This document shows, one piece after another, positions 11,523 through 24,800 of a DNA stretch of 64,000 nt; the stretch's first letter is position 1, and each line of letters opens with the position of its first letter. Below the pieces are notes generated by a model. It searched no databases. It worked only from the letters and a program-made list of their open reading frames with translations, and had not been told where the DNA came from. Position numbers and translations under genes: made by a program. The DNA comes from Hemiscyllium ocellatum (Eukaryota): positions 13,162,035 through 13,226,034 of the forward strand of contig NC_083447.1 of assembly GCF_020745735.1 (NCBI RefSeq), written 5' to 3'.

Positions 11523-11919
11523 GAGGGTGCAGTGAGAGAGGGACTTGACCTGGGGTGTGCAGTGAGAGAGGGGATTCCTGAAGAAGGGCTCATGCCCGAA
11601 ACGTCGACTCTCCTGCTCCTTGGATGCTGCCTGACCTGCTGTGCTTTTCCAGCAACACATTTTCAGCTCTGATCTCCAGCATCTGCAGTCCTCACTTTCT
11701 CCTAGAACATTTTAACCTACTGCGAATCCTCTTGCAAGGATGCCTTCCTTGAAGAAGCTCTCTTCCTCCCTCTACAAGGATTTCAGTGGATTCCTGAAGA
11801 AGGACTCATGCCCGAAACGTCGATTGTCCTGCTCCTTGGATGCTGCTTGACCCTTTGCGCTTTTCGAGCAACACATTTTCAGCTCTGATCTCCAGCATCT
11901 GCAGTCCTCACTTTCTCCT
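11523..11919 (+). mobile_element. Short Penelope-like insertion with two tandem terminal repeats, each carrying a minimal hammerhead motif
   Basis: ~130-bp unit at ~11572-11704 and ~11788-11919; 13-bp target-site duplication AGTCTACTGGCAG at 11510-11522 and 11920-11932. Confidence 0.8.
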
Positions 11920-12441
11920 AGTCTACTGGCAGACCTTCTTTACAAAAGTGACTTTACAGTAAATCAAGAGCTTCATTGGTTGCTTTGGGACATCCTGAGA
12001 ACTTGAAAGGCAACAAATAAATGGAAGCGATTCACTCTGGATGGGACAAGCAGTAGAAATATTCTCTGCAAGTACTCGGAAGGACGTCAGCCCCAATAAA
12101 GATGCTTTCAGTGTAAACCCTTGGCCAGAACTGCAAAAAATTAAAACTGATGCTTTGTAGAGAAGGTTCTTCACAAAAGAAAGATGGAGACTGGGAGAAT
12201 AAGAGCTCATCATCTCAATAAATCAAAACACTAATTTCAAGGTCAGTTTAAGGTGAAAGGCACAAAAGAGATGCAAGGAGGAAATCGGGAAATGTAAAAC
12301 TGCATAAGTTGGAAACATTCTGAAGTGTTCTGAAGAAGACTTGTATCAGACTTGAAATGTTAAGAAAACAAAATTTAAAGAGTTTTGGAAACAGCACATT
12401 AGCAACATTGGAATGTTCGGATTTAAAATAGCTTTGAAGGA

Positions 12442-13068
12442 GTTTTGAGAAGATTTGTAGCACAGGTTGAAGTTCTGGATGTAGGTTTGCTCACTGAGCT
12501 GGAAGGTTCGTTTTCAAACATTTCGTCACCATATGAGGAAATATCTTCAGTGAGTCTCTAAATGAAGCACTGGTGGTGTAGCCCGCTTTGTATTTATATG
12601 TTTGAGTTTCCTATTGTTGGTGATGTCATTTCCTGTGCAAGAACTTGCAAGAACTGTAACAAACACTACATTGAACAAACAGGCAGAAAACTAGCCACCA
12701 GAATACATGAACATCAACTAGTCACAAAACAACATGACCCACTCTCACTATATCCTTACATACAGATGAGGAAGGACACCACTTCGACTGGGACAAGCTA
12801 AACGGAGGCATACACAAGAATTGTTAGATGCATGGCATTCCAACTGGAAATCTATTAATAAACTTGGATCCCATTTACCATGTCCTGAGAAAAAGAACAG
12901 GAAATGACATCACCACAGGAAATGACATCACCACAGAAACTCAAAAATTTAATACAAAGCAGGCTATGCCACCAATGCTTCATTCAAAGGCTCACTGAAG
13001 ATGCTACCTCGTATGGTGATGAAACATCTGAAAATGAACATTCCAGCTCAATGAGCAAACCTACACCC
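12442..13068 (+). mobile_element. Truncated Penelope-like element (GIY-YIG C-terminal part) with inverted 5' copy of its terminus
   Basis: Peptide CKNCNKHYIEQTGRKLATRIHEH. ~12470-12635 is the reverse complement of ~12900-13068; direct repeat AGCTTTGAAGGA at 12430-12441 and 13069-13080. Confidence 0.85.
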
Positions 13069-14539
13069 AGCTTTGAAGGAATAAGAATAAATAAGTACAT
13101 TAAGAAGAAATAGAAGAAATAATACTTTGAAAAATATTCAGGGTTGTGGGGGGCTAAACAGAGCACAGGTTTGGAAATTGAGAAAATAATCCTTGAGACA
13201 GAAGGCTTGCAAAATTAAATATCAAGTTTAATCAACTCAATACATGATTGTAATAAAAAGCAAAATACTGCAGAGGTTAGAAATTGGAAGGAGTCAGACT
13301 GGACTTAAAATGTTAACATTGTTTTTTCTCTCTCTATAGATGCTGCTAGATCTGCTGAGTTTCTCCAGCATCTTCTGAATTTATTTCATAATTACAGCAT
13401 CCATGGTTTTTTTTATTATGCTGGATACGTATCAGCATTTGAATAAGAGAATACAGCTCAACTATCAGTCACAAAAGAAGTTAATTTGCTCCACAGCCCC
13501 CTCCTCTTTTTCCAGATGTGAACAAATGCGCTGTGCTCCCCTGGCCCTTTCTGACTCTGAATAAATGAATTAAGTTTGTGGTTCAATCCAGTGGAATGCA
13601 GACTGCAGAAAGTTAAAATACTATTCTTGAGGGCTATTTTAGAGTTTTCTTTTAAAAATTATATCTTGGGACGAGGCACGTCTGACAAAATTGACATTCA
13701 TTGTCTGTCTTCCAATGCCTAGAAGTTCAAATCGTATTTGGAACTCAGCGCGTTACACTTGCCTTTAAATAAGATAAAAGTTGGGGTCCAGGTTATCTCC
13801 TTGATTTTTCACCAGGGGGGTTTGATCTGGTCCAAAAGAAGGCGTCTTGTAGGAAGAACTTGTTTTGATTAAGGTGATAATGACCTGGAACGTGTTGCCT
13901 CTGAGAGTGACAGAAGGGAAAATAATTAACAATTTTAAAATAGAATGAGGGATTAGGACTAACAGCCCTGAAGAGAGCAGTCAAGGGCTCTCTTCTCCAA
14001 ATGGCCACCTTGGCTGTCTCCAAATGTGCAATGACAACTGTATTACAGCACTTTGCCATTTTAACATCACCTGTGACTCTCCCCATCTTTTGGCCTCCTA
14101 CAGTGTTCAAGTTAGTGATGAGTAAGGCAGTGCAGTGGTTATGTTAATGAAGCAGTAAACTCAAGATTGGAGTAATAATCCATAGACTCTGAGATTAAAG
14201 ATCACCATAACAAGATACCTCGGCACCACATTGACAACACCTGTGACGATGCTATGACTTTAAGAGGCGTATTTTGTCCTTTTTTGGTGAAGCAAGGATG
14301 AGACAGAGGCATAACGCGGTCTGTTCTAAGCCAAAAAAGTAAACAGCTAGTGAGGCCATGTGACTTTTTAAAAGTTGGAACAATTGAAGCAGCATGAATG
14401 GGTGGAGTCAGGTTCCCGCAGAACCAGAATTTTAGTTTAGCTTTCAGCAGTTGTTGTGCTTTTGAAAATTGCTACATCTCTTTCTCTCTCCTTGTTATGG
14501 CTAAAAACTGGAGTTCACCCTGTTGCCAGAATTTCATGT

Positions 14540-15166
14540 GCATGGTCAATCATGCTTCACAAACATGAATGAGTTTTTTGAAAAAGTAACAAAGAGGATT
14601 GATGAGGGCAGAGTAGTGGATGTGATCTATATGGACTTCAGTAAAGCGTTTGACAAGGTTTCCCATGGGAGACTGGTTAGCAAGGTTAGATCTCATGGAA
14701 TACAGGGAGAACTAGCCATTTGGATACAGAACTGGCTCAAAGATAGAAGAAAGTGGGTAGTGGTAGAGGGTTGTTTTTCAGGCTGGAGGCCTGTGGAATG
14801 CCACAAGGATTGGTGCTGGGTCCTCTACTTTTTGTCATTTATATAAATGATTTGAATATGAACATAAGAGGTATAGTTAGTAAGTTTGCAGAAGACACCA
14901 GAATTGGAAGTATAGTGGACAGCGAAGAAGATTACCTCAGAGTACAGCAGGATCTTGATCAGATGGACCAATGGGTTGAGAAGTTGCAGATGGAGTTTAA
15001 TTTCACATAAATGCAAGGTGCTGCATTTTGGGAAAGCAAATCTTAGCAGGACTTATATACTTAATGGTAAGGTCCTAGGGAGTGTTGCTGAACAAAGAGA
15101 CCTTGGAGTGCAGGTTTATAGCTCTTTGAAAGTGGAGTCACAGGTAGATAGGATAGTGAAGAAGGC
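14540..15166 (+). mobile_element. CR1-type LINE RT fragment
   Basis: VDVIYMDFSKAFDKV, PQGLVLGPLLFVIYINDL, SKFAEDT, KCKVLHFG. Confidence 0.9.
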
Positions 15167-16614
15167 CTCTGAAAGAGCCATTATTAAGCAAGGCACACCC
15201 TATTTAAACGAACCAAAAGCAACACCATAAAAGACAACATCAACACTCACCACTCACTGCCTTCAAATTCAATGATCCTAAAGCCAATCTGGAATTAGGG
15301 AATATGAACCTGACAAACCCCTCCAATTTGTTATTATCCTGACCAAACCCCCTCAAAACATATCATGGAGATCGCCTAGATCCTAACTTCTATCTTATTT
15401 AAAGGCAAATCTAAGGTGCTGCATTCCAAATGTGATTTGATGGTCAACAACTAAGCTTTAAGCAAAACACACTTTATTCTTACACCACAGTTAAAATACA
15501 AACAAAAAAAGAATTGGCATAACTTTAACACTTTTGAAATATTTGACAAAATAATATATTATTTAACTACTACTCTTCAACTGTTCCAATATAGCAGGAT
15601 CCCATAAACACACCCTTGGCAAAGGCAAATTCAGCAAAATAAATTTGATCATATTCTATCTCCTCCAGGCCAGGAGAAAGGAAAAGAATGAATGAACCTA
15701 GCAGCAGAAACAGAACTCAAGCTTTTGCAGCAGCAGCAGAAAGAGAGCTTTAAATGGGCTAACAGATTCATAAGAGCACAATAAGACAAAGATTGACACC
15801 AAACCAGGGATGATAGGAAGAAAAGCTAAGAGCTAATTGAAAATAGTTATGTTTTCATGGAGGTTTAAAGCATGAGAGCTTATACACACAAGTTTAAGAA
15901 AAGAATCCTAGATCAGCACAATCCATGAACTACAGAGTAAAAGGACTTCAAGTGACAGTGGGAAGCCATTGTCAGACACAAACAATCTCTATTAATAGCT
16001 ATTCACCCTCTTAAATGATTGTTCTCCACTCCTTTGTCTGTCCAACTTTTCCGCTCTCTCTTTGAGCTCTATCCCTACCTATTGTTTACACCTTATCTCT
16101 TCTCCATACCCTATCTACCATTGGTTCTGAGGAAGGGTCACTTGACCTGAAACATTAACTTAGATTTCTCTCCACACATGCTGACAGACTTGCTAAGCTT
16201 TTCCAACATTTTCTGTTTTTGTTGTGGACAGAATGTATTTTTTTCTTCCGGGAAACTGACATTGGGGTCGATAAAAAACAAGGGGGAATTCTCCTGGCAG
16301 CTTTGTTGGTTATTAGGAGCATACTGTTTCCTGAAGCACCAGATACAAAAACTTTTTAAGAGTTAACAGAAATTGTTAAGGAGTGTTATGACCCCATGAA
16401 TCCTCTAATTGTGAGACGCTATTGGTTTTTCTCAGCAATTCAAGAACCAGGGGAATCCATATCGGGATTTTTGACTAGGTTAAAACGATTGGCAAAGGCA
16501 TGTGACTTAGCTTTAAGCCTTCATGAAATGCTATGAATCCATGTGGTATGAGGAATTAATGATGTAAACATGCAAGTGCACCTACTAACTGAAGCCCAAC
16601 TGGACTTCAAACAG

Positions 16615-17850
16615 GCAAAGATTGGTGGAGTTGTAGACAGTAAGGAGGATTGTCAGAGGATATAGCAGGATATAGATCAATTGGAGGCATGAGCAGAAAA
16701 ATGGCAGATGGAGTTTAATCAAGACAAATGTGAGGTGATGCACTTTGAAAAGTCAAGTAAAGGTGGAAATTATACAGTGAATGGCAGAACCCTCAGAAGT
16801 ACTGACATACAGAGGGATCCGGGTGTGCAGGTCCAACGTTAATTGAAGGTGGCAGTGCAGGTTGATAAGGTAGTAAAAAAGGTCTTTGGCATGCTTGCCT
16901 GCATTGGATGGGGCATTGAGTTTAAGGATACATAAGTTATGCTGCAACTTTATAGAACTTTTGTTAGGCCACACTTGGAAAATTGCGTATAGTTCTGGTC
17001 ACTGCATTACCAAAAGGATGTGATGCTTTGGAGAGGGTACAGAAAAGGTTTACCAGAATGTTGCCTGGTATGGGGGATTTTAGCTATGAAGAAAGTTTGG
17101 ATAGACTGGGTTTGTTTTCACTGGAACACAGGAGGTTGAGGGGCAACCTGATAAAAGTTTATAAGATTATGAGTGGAATGGACAGAGTGGTAAGTTTTTT
17201 TTTAGATTAGATTACTTAGATTAGATTACTTACAGTGTGGAAACAGGCCCTTCAGCCCAACACCAACCCGCCAAAGCACAACCCACCCATACCACTACAT
17301 TTACCCCATACCTAACACTACGGGCAATTTAGCATGGCCAATTCACCTGACCCGCACATCTTTGGACTGTGGGAGGAAACCGGAGCACCCGGAGGAAACC
17401 CACGCAGACACGGGGAGAACGTGCAAACTCCACACAGTCAGTCGCCTGAGGCAGGAGATGAACCCGGGTCTCTGGCGCTGTGAGGCAGCAGTGCTAACCA
17501 CTGTGCCACCGTGCTGCCCACTGAGGCTTTTTCCCAGGGTGGAGGGATCAACTATTAGGGGACACAGCTTCAAGATGTGGGCGGGGGGAGGAGTGGGGAG
17601 AGTGGATTTGAAGAGATGTGCAGGCATGTTTTTCACACAGAGGATGGCGAGTGCCTGGAACACGTTGCCAGAGGAGGTGGTGGAGGTAGACACACTAGCA
17701 GCATTCAAGAAGCACCTGGACAAATACATGAATGGGAAGGGAATAGAGGGATATGAATCCTGTAAATGAAGACAGTTTTAGTATGGAAAAGCAAAATGTG
17801 TCAGCACGAGCTTGGAGGGCTGAAGGGCTTGTGCGGTATTGTTCTTTGTT
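16615..17850 (+). mobile_element. CR1-type LINE 3' fragment nested in the Gypsy element
   Basis: LERVQKRFTRMLPG, RRLRGNLIKVYKIM, FFTQRMASAWNTLP and CR1 3' UTR. Confidence 0.85.
17205..17520 (-). mobile_element. HE1-type tRNA-derived SINE nested in the CR1 fragment
   Basis: Reverse complement of GGGCAGCACGGTGGCACAGTGGTTAGCACTGCTGCCTCACAGCGCC..., with A/B-box-like head and TAATCTAA repeat tail; matches the copy at 28830. Confidence 0.9.
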
Positions 17851-19905
17851 CTTAGATACTACAACTAGCTTTTTCTTTGGAAAATGAGGCAAATGGAGCA
17901 TATGAGTTACAGGGGTACACAGGGTACAATTCCAATTGAAGTGGACACCCTTGCCAGTCTGACTGAGCTTGGGGGACACCACTTGAGTGAAGGCAATTCC
18001 ATAGCATCACTCAGGACATATCATGAACAGAGGGACTCAACTCAACCTACTGAAAAAAACCCCTCAAAACAAAGCCAAGCCTCTTAAAAATAGTTAATAT
18101 TTTCTTTAGGATCAGGGCTGGTAAGCCATTGTAGTTTCTGCCGGTATGCATACTTGAGAAGCAGAAGAGTCCCACTGGGTCTGAATTGAGTAAGAGAACT
18201 CATAGGCTGGCATCCAGGAAAGTTCACACCCTGAAAATCCCACCTACATCTGGCTTGGAACAGTTACATTGTTTAGCAACATCCAAATCAGAACCAACCA
18301 AAACTAAAATCTCACCAAATGATTACCAGGTTCTAATGGAGGTTGATACCGGTCAGGCCATATCAGTGATTTCAGAACCAGTCTTTAACAAAATTCACTC
18401 TGGACTCCAACCATTCAGTTTGTGTAAGACCTCGGCTAGACTGAGAACCTATACTGGGGAACCTTTACAGATTAAGGGTACCACTTTGGTTCTGTTTTGA
18501 TATAAGATGCAGCTAGTTCAGTTACCATTGATTGTAGTAAAAAGCTTGGGCCCAAGCCTGATAGGGCAAAATTGTTTAAAATTCATCTCGATTGGTTCAA
18601 CATTTCTTGATTATAAAATGGCAGTCTGAGTGAAGTCCTAATTAAATAGCTGGACGTTTTACAGGAAAGTCGAGGGACTATCAAAGGAGCCAAGGCCACC
18701 TTGCATGTTGACCAGGAAGCAATTCCATGAATCTGCAAGGCCCACTCAGTGCTAATTGCCTTATGGGCAAAAGTAGAGGCAGAAATCAGGAGGCTGGAAG
18801 GCAAAGGAATCATGAATAGAGTCCAGCTTACAAAATGGGCAGCACCGAGCGTGCTAAATGTGAAGCCCGACAGGTCGGTTCGCCTTTGTTCGGATCTTAA
18901 AATGGTAAACTGCCTCCTGCAGCTGAATAAATACCCAATCTCTCACATCGAGGCCCCATGTACAAAGCTGGCAGGGGGGTCTGTCCTTTGCAAAGCTGAA
19001 CATGAGCCATGCATTCCTGCATATGCCGATGGATGAGGATTCCCAGAAGTATGGTACAATTAATACCCAGAAGGGTTTGTACAAATACACAAGACTGCCA
19101 TTTCAATTATCATCAGCCTGTGCCAGTTTTCAGGAGAACATTTTATAAGGTCTACCCCATTTATCTGGATGACATGTAAATATCAGGGAAGACCAAGAAA
19201 GAGCACTTAGAGAACTTGGACAGAGTCCTTAGATGTTTCTCCCAGGTGGGTGAATGCCTTAGCAGGAAATGTGTGTGTTCCAGGCACCCCAAGTGACCTA
19301 CCTAGGCCAATAAGACCAGGTTACACCTGTTGGAAAATAAAGTGAGGGCAATCAAAGGTGCCCCAGCTCCAAAGCTGTACCAGAGCTTAGGTCTTTGCTT
19401 TGATTGATAAATTATTATGGAAAGTTCATATGCAACCTGACCTCTACACTCGTACTCTTACATCTGCTTTTGACAAAGGAGCAGCCTTGGAAATGGTCTT
19501 GTAGCCAAGACGTGGCCTTTAGGGAAGTGAAGAAGCAGCTATCTAAGGTATTGGCATACTATGTTCCCAAGCTACTTCTGGTCTGATATGTGATGCATCT
19601 CCATATGATATTGGGGTAGTATTGGCTCACAGATGGACCAATGGAAAGGAATGCCCAATTGCATGTGTTTTCTGGAATTGGGTTAATGCAGAGCGTAAAT
19701 AGCCCCAGATAGAGAAGGCAGATTTGGTGGTTATCTTTGGTATGAGACAGTGCCTCCAATACCTTTATGAGCATAAATTTGCAATAGGAACAGACCGCCA
19801 ACCCCTGCTTGGGTTACTCAAAGAGGACAGGGCTGTGCCACCCACAACTTTAGGTCGAATTCAGCAATGGGCTTTCGTTCCAAGCGCAATTAGAGGTTGG
19901 AACAC

Positions 19906-20120
19906 TGTCAAAAAGTGTGGCACTGGAAAAGCACAGCAGGTCAGGCAGCATCTAAGGAGCATGAGAGTCAATGTTTCAGGCATAAGCCTTGGTGAAGAGT
20001 TTATGCTCAAAACATCGATTCTCCTGCTCCTCGGATGCTGCCTGACCTGCTGTGCTTTTCCAACACCACACTTTTTGACTCTGCCTCTCCAACATCTGCA
20101 GTCCTCATTTTCTCCTAGAA
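19906..20120. mobile_element. Palindromic insertion of two inverted Penelope-type termini
   Basis: Arms ~19907-19988 and ~19996-20078 are reverse complements; GTTGGAACAC duplicated at 19896-19905 and 20121-20130. Confidence 0.8.
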
Positions 20121-21819
20121 GTTGGAACACCGGCTGGGTGGCGAAGTAGCAAGTGCAGATGCCTTGAGCTACCTCCCACTGGTAGGTACACCATTGGTGC
20201 TGCTACTGCTGGAAGAGTCCATTCTATTTTTGAACTTTCAGGACACCCTTCCGGTCACCACTGATAATATCAGACTGCGGGCACAAAAAGATCCTGTTCT
20301 GGCAAAACTAAAACAACATTTTGTTAATGGGCGAAACAAAACCATCATAACCAGAACGGAAACGTTTCTGCACCTGGCAAGACCAGGTCACCAAAGAGGA
20401 TGGCATTTTATTATGGGGAGCAAGAGTGATCGTCCGGAATAAAAGTTACCACCGGATACTGGGTGAATTCCACCAGGGTCATCCAGGGGTGTCCAGACTG
20501 AAGATGTTGATGAGACCTTATGTGGCCAGAATTGGATACAGACATAGCCGTGTTGTGGGGCAATGCCAAGGATAGAAATTACCGCCAGCAGTTCCTCCAC
20601 ATTCGTGGGAATGGCCAGGTAAACCCTGGACTCAGGTACATGTTGACTATGTGGCCCTTTGATGGGCTCAACAAGGTTACTTGTTGTGGACGCCTACTCA
20701 AAGTGGCTGGATGTGCACAGAGTTCATTCGTCAAACATGGGCTGACAATAGAAAATCTGTGAGCATCTTTTGCGATGCATGGGCTCCCAGAAGTGTTGGT
20801 CACAGACAACGGGCCATCATTTACCAGCAGGGACTTTCAGTATTTCCTAAAGTCGAGTGGCATTCAACATGTAAGGACGGCTCCATACCATCCATGTCCA
20901 ATGGTCTGGTGGAAAGAACAGTCCAAACTTTGAAGGCAGGTTTAAAGATACAGCCTACAGGTTCACTCGATACCAAAGTTTCCCGGTTCCTGTATGATTA
21001 TCGGACCCACTCCTCATGCAACAACAGACATGGCTCCAGCAGGTTTGCTAATGGAGAGAAAACTCTGCACCAGATTAAATTTGATCATCCTGGACATGAG
21101 TTGGGAGTGGGTGAAACGGCATCAGGAACGCCAATGCCAGACACAAGACTCCTCTAACAAGAAACAGTTTACTTCATGGAGCAATGTATGATGCCAAAAC
21201 CACAGATATGGCCTGCATGGGGTAAGATGCATATTCAATGTGAGGTCAGATCCCACAACGTACAAAGCTCGGATAGGTGAGGGGGTCCTGAACAAGTAAG
21301 TGGACCACATTAAAGCTGCAAACCGGCAAACACGGCAGGAGCAAAACATTACCCAGTCCCTCAGAACAAACAGAAAGGCTATCAGAACCTGTGGGTTCTG
21401 TCCCTCTGTCTAGCATCGAAGAAACCTTGGAATCTGAGATGGACGTGAGTTGCAGCCTTGATGCCTTTGTTGCCTGAAAAAGAGATGAATTTCTTCTAAG
21501 ACACTCTGAGTGCAAGAGGAAGGCTGCAGTGCAGTACATGCCATCCATATCCGAGGCTCAGTCGGAGGAACCGGACCTAGTACGAAAATGGCCCAGGAAA
21601 GGCCACAAGACAAAGCACAGACCTACATCCGTGGACTTAGTTGAGGGGGGCGGGCGGTGGAAGGTGCTGATTGTAACAAGGTCAGTCAGGTGGATCTCAC
21701 AAAATACCAGTTCCCTGATTGCCACTGTTAATCTGACGAACAGATATAAACAGGAGTGTCAGAGGTTCTGTTCACTCTGAGAACTGGGATCAGTAGTGAA
21801 GGACTCACCATTTTGTACT

Positions 21820-24800
21820 GGGGGAGGGGGTGGGACCAACCTCTAAACTGCCTGAACCACACAGTCAGTGTGTTATTACTGCTGTTGGGTTTCCTACTGA
21901 GGAGGAGAATTCTCCTTTTTTCTCTACCCCTTGTTTCAGATAGATTTTCTTTTGATTTTCTTTACTGCTTGTTGTGATTGTTTTGTTTTCTGGGTTTCAC
22001 ACTGTTTATTTCCATTAATTTGAGCTGTGCTCAACTGCATAGGCAGCTACCTCCACTGCTACTGCAGCTGCAGCCTGGGCTTTGCCTACTACCCTGCACT
22101 GTTGCTACTGCCTGGGGCCTACCTACAAGTGGGCCTGTTGCTGCTGCTGCCTGGGCCCCCACTGACACCCAGGATTGCTGCTGCTGCCTGGGCCCCACCT
22201 ATACCTGGGTCTGCTTCCATTGCTAGTGCCTGGGCCTGCTTCCACTGCTGCTGCCTGAGCCCCACCTACACCTAGGACTGCTGTTGTTGCTGCTGGCCCC
22301 CACCTGCACCGCCTGGGGCCCGCCACCACCACTGCTGCCTGGGCCCCACCCAGACTTGAGACTGTTGCTGCTGCCTGGGGTCTGCCTCCAGCACTTCTGG
22401 CAGGAGCCTGCCTCCACCACTGCTGCCTGGGGCCCAACATTGCACAAGGACTGCTACTCTAGCTGTGTGGGTCCACCTCCACTGTCACCATCTGGACCTC
22501 ACCAACATTTGGGACTGTTGCTGCTGCTGTCTGGGCCTGCCTCCATCGCTGCTGCCTGGGGTTGCCTCACTGCGGTCCTGCCAACATCTGGGCCTTCCAG
22601 TGCTGGAATCATCACTGCCGCCTGAGACCTGTGTGTGAGGGGATCCTCTGAGGCTACACAGCCGCAAGCCCAAAAATGGCAGGCCCCAGCTGCACTTATG
22701 CTGGGGTAACCACTGCCCTAGGCTCAACTACTCCAGTTCTGGCTGCAACCCTGACCCCCTTCAGGCACTTCACTAAACGCCTGGGGGTTAAGGCCTATCC
22801 CCACCCGAACATGACCATTGAGGCCTGCAGTAAGGCTAATGTGTTTGGCCCACTAGCCATTGACGCTGCAGCCAAAATGTACAAGAAGGCTTATTTTTCC
22901 TGAAGACTGAGTAAGCAGTCCATCTGGCTGTGGAGAAAGAGCTTACTGTGGGTGGGACATACCTACCCGTGAACCATTTGGAGGTCACGGCCTAGAGGAT
23001 TGTGATTTCGAGCTCCTTCTCCCTCACCTTCAGACACTAAGGGAAATCTGATCAGGTGTCCAACCGCTCCTGCCCGGTCTGAAGGACCATGACCTCAAAC
23101 ATGTGTACTCCTTCAGACGCCAGTTGCTTCTTTGTCTGGCCCAGGAGGAGGTCAGTGAGGGCTTTTTCATCCTCTTCCACGAGGTCGCAGCCTAACGCAT
23201 CTTCTGGACAGTGGACAGTGTGCAGTGCCACCTGTGACGCAAGGTGGGGCACATATGAAAGAACTACCCCACCCAGAAGGCTGCCCAGCTACAGCAGCAG
23301 CCATGGGTGGCACCATCATACTCACTCCCCCTCCCCCTAGGACAACATCAAAGGCCTCACCAGCAGGGGCTAAGCCAGGGGCTACTAGTGCTTCTGCCTC
23401 TGGCAGCACAACCCTATCCCACCCTTTGGAATCCGACCCTTGCCCTGCCCCACCTTGGTGCAACAATGCCCCTGTGGCCAAGCCAGCGATCCCAGCCCAG
23501 GACCCCTGGCCCCCAGCCCCTCGATTCCATGCCCAAACCCTGCCCCATTGTGGCAACCCTTGGGGCATCAGTGACTCACCCTTGCCCGGTGACACACACC
23601 CTCGGGATCCATGAGCCTGAACACCACCCCAGTCCTCTGGGCCCCGGTTCTGACCTTGTGGAACCTGCTAGTGCTGCAGCCACCCCCATCCGGGTTCTGG
23701 GCAGGAAGCTGGGCCCCTGCCCCACCCATCACCACTTGAGGAGCCTGGTGTGCCAGTGTCGGGAGAGGAGTGGGGTCCCGGGCTTCTGTCACCCGATGAC
23801 CTGACGTTGGGGCACTCCAAGAAGGGGGGGTGCTGAGGAGGTTACCGCCAGTGACCCTGGGGGTGGGGTCGCTGGGGGTTTGATGCCAGCTGGTGGTGCT
23901 GGACCAGCCCCATCTCTCTTGGTAGGGGAGGGGCTGGTCATCAAGAGCAAACTTCCCAGAGGAGGATTTGGGCTCGGTGATGTGCACTAGGGGAACACGC
24001 GGAGTCCATCTCCAGCGAGGTTTTTGAGTCCCAGGTGCCCTCTACTGAGCTCCTCCCCCATCCCCCTTGAGGAACTCCAGGATTTTGTGGAGGAAACTCG
24101 CAGTCACCGGGTTAGAGTCCAACTGGCACTCGACCACTGGAGCTCCTTTGAGCGAGTGTGCTGGTCAGTCCAGGCTGCTCACCAACCACCTGGACTGGAC
24201 GCAAATGAGTGAAAGCGCATTAGAAACTTCCTCGGTGCACTCCTGGTGAGGGCAAGGTATTTCTGCTTCCCTCCCTTGTCCTCCCAGTAAAGGTTTTAAT
24301 TGTATTGGTGGTGGTTGCACAATACTGGTGACATAAAGACTACCAGAGCCAGCCTCAACATCAACAACAGCAGGAATCACAGCCCAGATTCCAGACCTTC
24401 TTGGTCCTTCGGGACAGGAAGTATGTGGTGTACTTCCTGAAAGAAACCCACACTACCCTGGGTGACAAAGCCACCTGGCTCTTGGAGTGGCAAGGGGGAT
24501 CGACATGAGTCACCTCACCCACGGATCTGGTGGGGTGGCTATCTTTGTTGGCCCTGCATTTTCACTGGAGATCTTGGGGGTCAGGGAGCCTGTGCCAGGC
24601 CGTTTGCTTCACCTGACAGTTCGGCTGGGGGGACGCGGTGCTTCACTTAGTCAACGTCCACACTCCCTTGGCTGGACCTAGGCAAGCGAGCTTCTATGGA
24701 GAAGTGTCCGCTCATTTCGTCTCCATCGACGAGAGCCAGTGTGTTATCCTCGGGGGAGATTTTAACTGCATTCTTGAGGACAGGGACCATGGCAGTGGCT

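Larger units (their letters stand above)
16240..21815 (+). mobile_element. Degenerate Gypsy LTR retrotransposon internal region (gag, protease, RT, RNase H, integrase) with nested insertions and a probable start of the 3' LTR
   Basis: Protease MEVDTG, RT region (KWAAP..KPD.SVRLC.D), INYYGKF, RNase H (TDRQPLLGL, ADALS), integrase (HGLPEVLVTDNG, SNGLVERTVQTLK). Purine-rich tract at ~21643-21668 followed by TGTAAC. All frames broken. Confidence 0.85.

Noticed and set aside
22027-23987. Long Ala/Pro/Gly-rich ORFs as a host gene, or the 22.0-22.6 kb repeat as a CRISPR-like array
   Set aside because: They lie in the 5' region and ORF1 of the Tx1-like LINE; repeat units are degenerate with no unique spacers.
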